A program made the position numbers and the translations under genes. 33,391 nt of DNA, from the NCBI RefSeq assembly GCF_000485595.1, contig NW_014577084.1:701903-735293 (forward strand), written 5' to 3'. Positions 12,401 through 24,440 of this stretch are shown here, piece after piece. Source of the DNA: Priapulus caudatus (Eukaryota). The first letter of the stretch is position 1; the number at the start of each line of letters is the position of its first letter. Under the pieces are notes generated by a model. The model saw only the letters and a program-made list of their open reading frames with translations. It did not search any database and was not told the origin of the DNA.

Positions 12401-15400
12401 GCTCATTAGTTTGTGATTCACATGCACTAAAATTCACAAAAATGCATGGAATGAAGTCTTTGTAACAAAATTTCCTGGTGGGGGAGTCCCGGGACCCCCA
12501 GACCCCCCGCTTAAAAAGTGGCCTGACTGGGGCTATATTTCCCTGCCTGAATGATTTTCCCAGTCCGGCCCTGGCAATGACGGAGATTCATGTAACTAAG
12601 TGGAATATATAAAATTAATCAATACCAGTATACACGATTATGTTTTGTGAATTAAAATTAAGAAATAATCCAACCATTAACTCACTCATATTATATGACT
12701 TACGATCTAGAAGCTACTATCTATAGGCTTAGTTTATGAAATAATCCCTTATATTGTGTAGCGATAGACAACCGTAGTGGAATAGCACGTCAGAGACTGA
12801 ACTGGGGTGTGTGTTATTTTAAACTGCTAAAACTAATATACAAAATCAAACCTTCGATAGAAAAAAATACAAAATATAAAAAAATAACGAACTTCGCTGC
12901 AATTCCGGCTACTGCAAACAGTATCAGGTGCTGTGTGATTCGATCGTGCTACAGTTCGCTGTTAGACGCGAGGTCGGTTTTGTCTTCATGTCACGGCTAA
13001 CATATCATATATATACGTTTTAGGAGACATGACGTATATATTTACGGCGAATATAATCTGAGCCGATTTGATGTGGGACGAGATTTTACTGTTAGTACCT
13101 ACCGTTGTTTGACCCGCGTCCATCTAGCTGCTAATTTCAGTGGTGTTAATTAATGTAGTTTAATTAGGATTGTAAATCAGTTAGTGTGATACATCGAGAA
13201 GAACTATGTTTTATGCACCAATTAACGTGTCGCGGGCGAGATAGACCGTGTCACAACAACCGAGTGCAAAATTAAGGCGATACGTTAGAAAAATACTGTA
13301 GCAGCACATACTGTAGTACTAGTTAGGCGATACTGTGCATATTTGTTCAATCAAGTGATGTATCCACTGACAATTTTATTCAATGTATCTTAATATTGTG
13401 CAATAATGTGACAACTCTCTCCGGATCCCCCCCCCCCCATAATGTGTGCGACACTGAGAAACGTATTTGTTCGGAGACCTCTGGGCTATACCGATGCCGT
13501 ATCGGCGTTGCGTGCACAGGCACTTCGAGCGTTTCAATAAAATATAATGCTAAATAAATACGAAATCTATTTACTACCAAATTCTTAATGTTTCTATACT
13601 CTCTTTCACCATTATTGCCGACAATTTCCTGTAAATGCCGTCCAAATGCTCATCTGCAACAAACGCTGGCTGCCGCCATGGCTGCCGCTGCACACTGACA
13701 CATAAATATAATTATAGTGTGTCATTGTCTATATATTTATGTGTCAGTGTGCAGCAGCAGCCATGGCGGCAGCCAGCGTTTGTTGCAGATGAGCATTTGG
13801 ACGGCATTCACAGGAAATTGTCGGCAATAATACGTGAAAGAGAGTATAGAAACATTAAGACTTTGGTAGTAAATATATTTCGTATTTATTTAGCATTATA
13901 TTTTATTGAAACGCTCCAAGTGCCTGTGGTCGCGTGGGTATGGGTAGTTTCCCGCGGTGTACGGTGTACGTTACCCAACAGCAACTTACCCTGTACACGT
14001 GATGCGTATAATCAACACAGTAAGTATAGGGAGCAACATTCGTGTAATAGAATACTTAGTCATTTCGTTGCCATCACCTCGGATGTCACTACTACAGCAA
14101 GCCAGTGATATTTTTGTTAGACAACACATAGCTTGTAACGTGTCGCTCTAAATGTGGGGGCGAAGTGAAAGAGGCGGCTTTAATAATTGATCAGGGTCCT
14201 TTTTGTAAATGGGAAAGATGATACAGAACACCGGGCGGTATGTACATCAATAATTCATGTTAGTTTAGTGTGTGGGATTTTCCGCGCTGTAGTGAAACCA
14301 ACCACTCTGATGTGTATGTTAGCTCAGCTGCAAAATGTCAAAGTCCTGCGGTTGTTTCCCGTGGGATGTTTATTGTCGTGCCTTATCTCTATCAAACACT
14401 CGGCGTACGCCTCACTAAAGGGATTCTTGTTTCTAGTATTCGTCATACCTGAAAGATTTTTGTCACCCCGATTCTCTTTTAAGAGTTCGTTATATATAAA
14501 TATATATATACATATATATACGTTGTGTATGCGCGCGTGCGTGTGCGCGTGTAACGTGCGCGTGTGTGTGCGCGTGTAACGTGCGCGTGCCGGTGTGTAA
14601 TAATAAAGACGAGGTCATAACGTGGAGATGCTGGCTCAATGCCAGGGGTCGCATGCGAGCGTTGTCCGTGTATTAGCGGCGCGAGATCGAGGATGGTTAA
14701 GCCGGAGCGGCGGACATTACAGCTACCTCTTTTAGAATGGACTTAGACTAACGTCTGATTATGAATTATACAACAATTACTGTTCCACAGCCCTTAATAA
14801 ATTAACTTTTTTCCCTATCCGACTACATTGAACGAGGTAACGTGTGTATCCCGTGTGTGTAGTCATACCGCGTAGCTAATTAACGTGCCCTAATGCAGCA
14901 CGCCTGCCTCGGTTACAACGCAACACTACGGATGATGTCATTCGTAATTTGTCAAGCCCGTTCGTTTATGGACAGCGATGACACGGGGCAAGCAAGCATG
15001 CACGTATATTGAATCGCGCTCAATCGCCATACGAACCGGCCAAGCAGCCATTATTGAGGAGGCGATGTCGTCATCAGTAGGCTAGTCATCGCCGTGTACA
15101 TCACGCGCTGCGCAGCGGTGAAGCTGCTATGTTATTGATGTGTATCTACTTGACACGCGTGCGCTTACGCATCCGTAATTGGCTGCAGGGACATTTAAAC
15201 ACGGTGTACGGCTTGGGTGCCGTTGTTAGCGTTTCTGGTGACGCGCCTCACAGCTTTGAAATCCCATTTCGTAGAGGCTCAGCGGAATATAAATGCTCCT
15301 ATGTGACCCCTTTTAAGTTCTCTAACATCGAATAATCCTAGAGATAAGAACGCCACTTGATGACTGTGACCATGAACTAATGCAACCATGCAGGTTCTAC

Positions 15401-16112
15401 GGCTGTAGAATACGTCGACACGCCACGACTAGAGCAACGGTCACTTGTGACTACTTAGGCACATAATCGGAAAGCTTTTCTATCGATGCGTATTGCTAGA
15501 GAGCTATTGTACTGCGACAGTCGAGTGTTTGTTGTTAAGGTCACGTTGGGTTGGCTCGCGATCACTTGCTTCAGTCAGTCGTGCGTTGTTTCACGCATAT
15601 AACGAGATTTTCGTGAGAAGCTCCTAAATGTTATGCCGCCTCGATATATATGGCATCGCAATTCATCGCGTTAGCAGACTTAATAGCCTCGCCGAATTTA
15701 CATTTAGAAAACGTGCGAATGCGAATGCAAATGGCAATCGCATGCAGATGACATGGACTCGTGTTCGTAAGAACGCGCGTCAAACGTGAACTTTACGATT
15801 CGCGCGTCTTTTTCCCTTCTCTTTAGATTTCTCTTGTAACACATTTCCTGCCGTTTAGAGCAGGTGCATGCATCACTCATTCACATTCTTCACACGTCCA
15901 AAACGCGCCCTGTATTCAAATCATGAATATATATCGCCACCTTGGGGAATGTACTCAAAATCAAAATATTCATGAATTTCTCATGAATGTCATGAATGTC
16001 TATGAGCACAGCCATCGTCGTATACAGCGCCACCTACACGGTAGCGTAATTACAGAGAGGTCTGTTCTGTCCACGGCGGAGACGGGAGCGACATAAATTG
16101 CGAGCGAGAGAG

Positions 16113-16169
<57 letters not shown>

Positions 16170-16540
16170 GGAGAGGGAGAGAGANNNNNNNNNNNNNNNN
16201 NNNNNNNNNNNNNNNNNNNNNNNNNNNNNNNNNNNNNNNNNNNNNNNNNNNNNNNNNNNNNNNNNNNNNNNNNNNNNNNNNNNNNNNNNNNNNNNNNNNN
16301 NNNNNNNNNNNNNNNNNNNNNNNNNNNNNNNNNNNNNNNNNNNNNNNNNNNNNNNNNNNNNNNNNNNNNNNNNNNNNNNNNNNNNNNNNNNNNNNNNNNN
16401 NNNNNNNNNNNNNNNNNNNNNNNNNNNNNNNNNNNNNNNNNNNNNNNNNNNNNNNNNNNNNNNNNNNNNNNNNNNNNNNNNNNNNNNNNNNNNNNNNNNN
16501 NNNNNNNNNNNNNNNNNNNNNNNNNNNNNNGCAGAGAGCG

Positions 16541-16576
<36 letters not shown>

Positions 16577-19500
16577 AAAACAAATACATGTAGTTTAAAT
16601 TTACTCCTGGTATAATTGTATTATTGTACGGTGACTTGCTCGCGTCGATGTAGGATGCCCGGCATTTATAATCAATCTAGCAAGATAGCTAGTTCAGTCG
16701 AAAGCAACAGACAATTTAATATTGGCGCGTGCGCTTGGTTATATACGGTAAAATTGTCTGTCGGTATCAACTGAATCGCTATCTTGCTAGATTGATTATA
16801 TAATAAAGGCCGGGCATTCTTCATCGACACGAGCAAGCCCCCGTACAATAATACAATACATGTAAGTGTGTGGCTTGAAACTAATATGTGCTCTACTCGT
16901 TCGACTGCCATCCAAAATGCGTATTACGTACGATTGATGAGGCGTTATAAACATCGAGGTAGATCGGCTACCTATCACACCTTGTTTAATAGCTATATCC
17001 TTCCTATGAATGAAGGAGTCGATTCGCTCAACACTAGCCTACTTATAAAAACCTGAACATTTCCGAACTCATGGTTACATACATTCCATCTTGTGCTGAC
17101 GACAAATAACGCTATAACTGCAAGTTATGGAGCTCTTACTGTGAGTGTAGGAGACGATTGCTTTTCCTCCTCCAATGCGAGAAGGTATACATCGCAAGTG
17201 TCTACCGCAAGTGAATGGTCGCGAACCCCAGGCATTGAAACCGATGCTAAAGTAACCCACGGGCGTATCGCTGTATCTGCCCGTCGTAATCGGGGCCTAA
17301 GAGTAAACCCTGGTAAGGGGATCAGGACAGAATTAAACACGCGAAGATTACAGTGAGTGACTTGTACCACGCCCGTTAGCGACAACCACGGGCACTTCTT
17401 GTGAGAGCAGCTTACGTCGGCTCGGCGTGTGCATAGACGATGCGGGGGAGACTCACGCGGAAAAACCGAGCGGGCTGTTCAACGCATTAGGCGAGTAGCA
17501 GTCTATTTAGCTTCCATCAAACGGATTATCTGTGACGGCGAATGAGGAGCGCTTGCTAACCAGCGGTGATTTCGTTGCTGGGGCAGGCATCAATCCACGC
17601 ACAGCTAAGCGCACGATTTGCAATCTCACTTTCTAGACATTGCACACGTAATGAATGTATCACGCGTTGCATACGTACGTATCATTTGCAAATGAAACTC
17701 TCTCCCCCCCCCGCGCGCGCGCGTGCGTGCGTGTGTGCGTGCGTGCGTGTGTGCGTGCGTGCGTGTGTGCGTGCGTGCGTGTGTGCGTGCGTGCGTGCTA
17801 CCTGGGAGTGAATGCTCTCATTGAGTTCATTGCAGACGGTAACACCGAGGTGGCGCATATTTAATAACGAGGTACGCGCAGCGGCCGCTCTTAATAATAC
17901 ACCATTCAATAACATTTGCTTACGTGAACGGCCACTTGGCGCAGGTGTTCGCTGTTGCCCGACCTGGCTACATTCCCTCATCGGGGCACTGGCGCCGTCA
18001 GCACCGTTCACAGACCCATTAAGTAGGGCCGGACCCTTCATTGTAACGTGGCGCGGTAATGTGCCCGCTTCGTAACCCAAGAAAATACTACGCCAAGCCT
18101 TGTGATCGGTACCCAGTGCTCATCATTAACCTCAAGTAAGATGTACATGCAGCGGGCCACACAGGCAGGCAGCAGTTCCGCCGGTGATGTGGAGATCATA
18201 TAACGATTAGTATTATAGGGTTATCATAAATAGCAAATAAATAAATAAATAAATAAATAAATGTACAGGTTATTATACATTATACATTATACATATATAT
18301 ATATATATAACGTCGAGCCACATTTTATAGATGTTCCCTTATGCAATAATACAGTCATGTTTATTCATGTTGCGTCCCCTCATGGCGAGAGTAAAATTAA
18401 GAGCGTTTTTTATTTTTTATTACAGTGCTGCGCAACAGAATATAGGGGGGGGGGGGGGCGTGGACGGCAGCTGTGCTTGGCAGAGTTCACTTGATGAATT
18501 TCAATGGGAGATTTTCAGGTGTTATAGAAATGGGAGACTTCAGTGTATAAAAGAATAGGGAATAATGGCCACGTGCGACGTAATGTGGCTGGTCGAGGAC
18601 TGCCCGAGCAGCGTATTATGATATAGCTCCATAGGCCTACTACCTATACCTACACCTACCTATTATACCTATTATATTTACGATTCCTTTATAGCAAACT
18701 GTTCCTTTACTGCGACTATATATATAAATCAGTTTGCGCTGCATTGCTTTTTTAGCTTCTTCCCTCTAGATCTTTCTTCTTATCATTATTTCCATATATT
18801 TTCAATCCTAAAACTATACTATTCAATAATTTTAATATTTCACTCCACCATAATCTTCTATTCTCCCTCTTTCTTTGACTCTCCTGTTACACAATTTTCA
18901 GGACTGCATGCGTCCGCCTGATTGCGTATTCCACATTTCATCTTATTTACGCATCTCTGTTTTAGTACAGTTGTACAATACACAACCGCAGTTTAGTCAC
19001 AAGATATATTTATTATTTTCATGTTTTCAGATGTAAAGCAGCGCTTTATGATGAAGATCTTCCTGCCACCTCCGTCATAATCACTTTCCACAACGAAGCT
19101 AGATCAACGCTACTCAGAACTGTGATCAGGTAACGCCTTCGCTCCTTCTCATCGACGTTAAAATAAGCGTACTTTTTTTTAAAAACGAAAGTATAATTTC
19201 TATATCCTACTTGTTACGACAAGAGGGTCTGATGCCTTTACGCACAACATAGACCGGTTCGCTTACAATACTGCATCTTCGTCATAGTAGCATTTCTACG
19301 ATATAGGTTTATGCCCCGAGTGATTCATAATAGATGATGCAACCGGAAAGTGGCATGCATTGGGTTTTTGTTGTTACTCGCGCAAAAATCGGCTTTGAAT
19401 TCATAGGCTATCTAGAGTCGCACATGTGCGTCGTGGGAGAAGCAGTGTATTGCTTTAGCTACACAGCCAATGAAACAGGGAAATCTGAGAAGCATGTTGA

Positions 19501-22500
19501 AGTTTTTACCCCGCATGCTTGTTGCAGCGTCTTAAACAGAAGTCCTGTTGAGTTGGTCAAGGAGGTGATCCTGGTGGACGACTACAGTAACGATCGTAAG
19601 TAACCCATGCCGGTTTAGAACAACGCGGAGAGGGTCTTACAAATTACGCTATAGTATTATTTAAAAAAATGCTTTCACTGAAGATAATTTCAAGAGTTTG
19701 TGCTAGAATGTATTTTAAAATCCGTTTAAGTGGGATTAGATGAGAGAGGGAATGTTAAATAGTACTATGATGTATGATCCACGTACCGCCAATTCTCGTA
19801 GCTCATTGTTTCGTTAATTAGTTGCTTGAAATAATTAAATTGATACTTATACGATGGTTTTGTATGTAATCGCACATGTAGGTTTGCATAATCATGCTTC
19901 TACGGCAGTAGAAAACTGCTTCACTGTGGTTTATATCGTTAACAGCAGCCGACGGACAATTGTTAACATCTATCCCAAAAGTCAAGCTGCTCAGAAATCA
20001 AAGGCGAGAAGGTAATGACATACGTTTATCTTTACCGACTCAATAAAATATTCAATTGCACTCCTATATACATATAGATACATAATACACAGGCGCGCAC
20101 ACGCACTTACGTACATAGGCACGCCCGCACGTACATAGGCACGAACGCACGTACATAGGCACGCACGCACGTACATAGGCACGAACGCACGTACATAGGC
20201 ACGAACGCACGTACATAGGCACGCAGGTACGTACACAGGCACGCACGTATACACAGGCACGAGCGCACGTACACGGGCACGCACGCACGTACACAGGCGC
20301 ACACGCAAAAATAGAGCCTATGTGACGTGCATTTGAGCCTAGTGCAGCGTTGCAATGTTTGCCAATCATTTTGCAGGTCTTGTGAGATCGCGTGTAAGAG
20401 GAGCAGACCTGGCCAAAGGCGAGATACTGACTTTTCTCGACAGCCATTGTGAAGCTAACATCGACTGGCTTCAACCCCTTCTACAGAGGGTGAAAGAGGT
20501 ACACTGTCAAAATACACAGTAATTTCCGCTAAATTTCCATTTCTGTTGTCGCTTCTGCTGCTGCTGTCACTACATCGTATTTGCTGTCGGCGCAACTGCT
20601 GCTGCTGCTACCATTACGAAACGTCTAGCTTGCAGCTAGCGCTCTTATGCATCTCTGTATGCCTCTATAGAATCCCTCTGCCGTGGTCAGTCCCGTGATA
20701 GATGTGATTAGCGATGACACATTCCAGTACTTCTCTTCTTCTGCGGAACTTAGGGGAGGTAAGATCTTTCATTTGCATATTTTTACATGCTGAATGGCAT
20801 GGCTCCATACATTGTGTTTTCTCGGCGCAGGAATCGGGAAAGGCTGAAGAAAAATTGATCACTGTATCGCCATGGTATTATCGCCTATATCTGTCTGCGA
20901 ATTGGGCGAAGACATATCCTACTACCGTCGTGTTATCAGAAGTGACATAATATAGATGCGTGCATTATCTATACAGATATTAATATTATGTCACTCCTGA
21001 ATTTATCACATTTCTTTGGGAAGAATTCGGGAATCATGTGACACTTTCGTGTGTTGAAAGTACGGGGATTTACTTCGGATAATCGTTGAAATTGTGTGAA
21101 TGAAGGTCATACTTCTTTTCGTGGATTCACTGCGGCACGTCTTAACAGGTCATAAATATAATATAATGATTACGTTTCATTCCTAATTAGGCTTTGACTG
21201 GAGTCTGCATTTCAAGTGGGAACCAATTCCTAAAGACGCAAGAGGCAAGATGAAAACACCCATTGATGCTATCAAGTGAGTGGCGACTATAGTGTCTACA
21301 TGCCAGCCACCAACCGTCGAATGCCTACTTACATATTGGCGGTTGTAGTTGTTTACGCTGTTTAATAGTGTTAACATTAGGTGATTACACTTCGCCACAA
21401 TCTCTATACTGGGAAGAGAAATAAATAGTCCAAGTATATACTTATACTCAATATTGCTATTGTTCCATTCTGTATTACAGGACACCTGTGATATCTGGAG
21501 GCCTATTTGTGGTCAACAAAACATGGTGGGTACAGCTTGGAAAATACGATCAGATGCTTGATATCTGGGGAGGAGAAAACTTTGGTAATTTCCTGTTCTT
21601 TAAATCTATTTCATACGAAGGCAAACATAACCTCAGCATAAATTATACAATGCACACACTGCCATCATTCGAAGAAGACTATACATTGATTTGTTAGAAT
21701 GACACATGCCAATAAATCTCAGGGCTAACGTGAAGCTCTAACTACATTGGCATGGTACAAGAAGGTGTCACCGTTTTTCCATTTGTATAAGCAAATAACG
21801 TCATTCAACATCAGGTATAACAGTTACCTGCTGAGAAATCCTGTGATTATTTCTCCTGCCAGTAACTATGCATATATTACGAGTGCTTGGTAATAATGGT
21901 ATTGCAACCTTTGGCATGTTTCAGAGATCTCATTCAAAACATGGATGTGTGGTGGAAGTTTAGAGATAACGCCCTGCAGTCGCGTGGGGCACGTATTTAG
22001 GAAATTTCACCCCTATACTTTTCCAGATGGCAATGCAGCCACATATATAAGGTGGGTATACCTTATAGGGAACTGACAACAGATGGTGATTACGTTAACT
22101 AATAACTAGACCGCATTTTATTTTACAACTAGCCGATGTAATCTATGGAAGTTAGTGACATTTACTTTTTTTAATGTGGTTGGGACTGATCGCTAACTTT
22201 TGATTATTACTTGTGCAGGAATTCTCGTAGGATAGCGGAAGTGTGGATGGATGAATTCAAGCGGTATTATTATGCTGCCAGACCAGGTGCTAAGACCACA
22301 TCATTCGGCAGGTGAGACACACTATGACAGCGTGCCTTTGTGATCACGAACTGAGATGCCTTCATCAAATCAGCCAAGCAGATAACTATAACACGCGAGA
22401 TCGCGATAACACGCGATAACACGCGACATCCCACAAATCTATAATATGGTACCGTTGTTCTAGCATACACGGTGCAATGTAATAATTGTTGGGTCAGATG

Positions 22501-23330
22501 TTTGTCAAAACTCTAAATATCTCTTCTAACCTGCACTTGCACCCTATCATCTATGTGGATAGGAATTCATTATGATTTCGGCTCACGTCACAAATGCATT
22601 GTACCTGATGCTGTGAATGTAAACTTTTTTTAAATCCATCATGCCTAGGAATATTACGCACAGTAGCGCCGTTACCCAACCTTGCGCGTTCCATTCATTC
22701 CTGGTATTCCAGCATTACCATTTTAATTCAGTGTGGTGTGCTCGAGATATCTTCCCATTTTGCTCTCTTAAACACAATAAACATCTCAGTTACATTATCT
22801 TGATTATATAAAAAAATACTCTATTGTACCCTAACTAATATTGTTATATGACGACTATGCTCCCTACTTTATCAGATTCAGATTTAAAACTCTTTGACAT
22901 GCAGTGTACATACTACATAATGAATTATACGTTATCAAAGCACAGCACATGGCAACTGTCGAATTTCAATACATTGAAATCAACCACACCAAACGGTCTG
23001 TCGTTCCAGTATCGCTGAGAGGCAGGCGTTGAGAGAAAGCCTTAAGTGCCAGTCATTTCGATGGTACATAGAAAATATCTACCCAGAGCTAGAGTAAGTA
23101 CTGATGGATATACAGCAGATAATGTCATATTGAACATAACTGAGAATCACTATGTATGCCATCACGTGTATTATAAGCATTTATGGCTGGTGACGATCTG
23201 CCCAGAACACAAATATGTACAGTTCATTGATCAGTGATGCTACGTCCTTCATACGTTTAAATACGCTGTATGCAGCTGTCATCATGAATCTAGACAAAAT
23301 TTTATTTAGATGCCAGAAACTGTGCTGTCC

Positions 23331-23385
<55 letters not shown>

Positions 23386-24403
23386 AGCATGCACTGTACC
23401 TTACCTAGCTAATTAGGCTCCGTGCCACCTGTCCGTTTCGTTTAGGCTACCCAGTGTGGACGAGCTGGCCTCAGGCCAGATAAAACAGGGAGAGCTCTGC
23501 TTAGACGCCCATAAGAAGCAGCCGGGGGAGCGACCTGTCGTTTCGGAGTGCCTCTCCCCACGAGACTCGCAAGTAGGGGTCTTTTTTTTAACAAAAGTTT
23601 CCCGCAAGGTCTACATTATAATTACGCTGTACATCAGCTGTACGTTTACATGCGACTACGATAAAACGGTATTTTGTAAGGTTTTCTTCGTACATTCTAG
23701 CAAGAAAGGATCATGAGAATACTGTCACTACCTACAGCAAATTTTCTGATCACCTAATTGAAAAATTAATGTTGAAAAACCATCATGATTGTCACAAGGC
23801 AAAAATTAACCAATGCTCGCTATTGTATAGAATAAAATTTAAAAGTTTTAAACAATATATTCGTTCACTTTGGAACTAAACTTGATGCAAATCATCAAGC
23901 TCAAAGTTCAAGTTGCATTCACATACTTGGCTTGCGTTCAAGGAATGGACATACAACAAGCGAGGATTTCTCATTACCTACAGTAGCCTATGCTTGGCTG
24001 TCAGCGACAAGCAACATGTTATAGTGGATCACTGCAGCAAGGAAGATCAGCAACAGGTATCATATCTGCATCCTCTGAGACTCTAATACTTCAGAATATT
24101 ATTACAATCTGTCAACTAGTTGACTATGAATCTGTGATGTTTCTAACTCATGGTAGATTCTGCATTTGGTATTGTTGTCGGTTAAGAAATGGTCAATTAG
24201 GATTGCTGGTGATTTGGCGTTTTTTTATTACTATGTAGCATTTATGTTTTGAGTATAAGTATTGTATTTTGTGTATGTTTATGTAAAATCCTATTCCTAT
24301 CCTCATTGTAGTATTTTAAAATTGTAGTATTTTAGTAGTTTTTCACACAATTGTAATCAGCAGATTCTCCATACAGTTCTCAATGAAAACTGTAGTCATT
24401 ACA

Positions 24404-24440
<37 letters not shown>

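Noticed and set aside
13635..14108. 157-aa ORF and its mirror ORF 13380-13580
   Set aside because: They arise from the two arms of the foldback element; no recognisable domain
18580..18900. Strand-biased tract possibly from a LINE 3' end
   Set aside because: No reverse-transcriptase motif or sustained frame recognisable
19991..20474. Repetitive minus-strand ORFs (CVRA/VPMY), and similar HT/RE-repeat ORFs at 8.3, 9.2, 16.1 and 17.6 kb
   Set aside because: Translations of mini- and microsatellites
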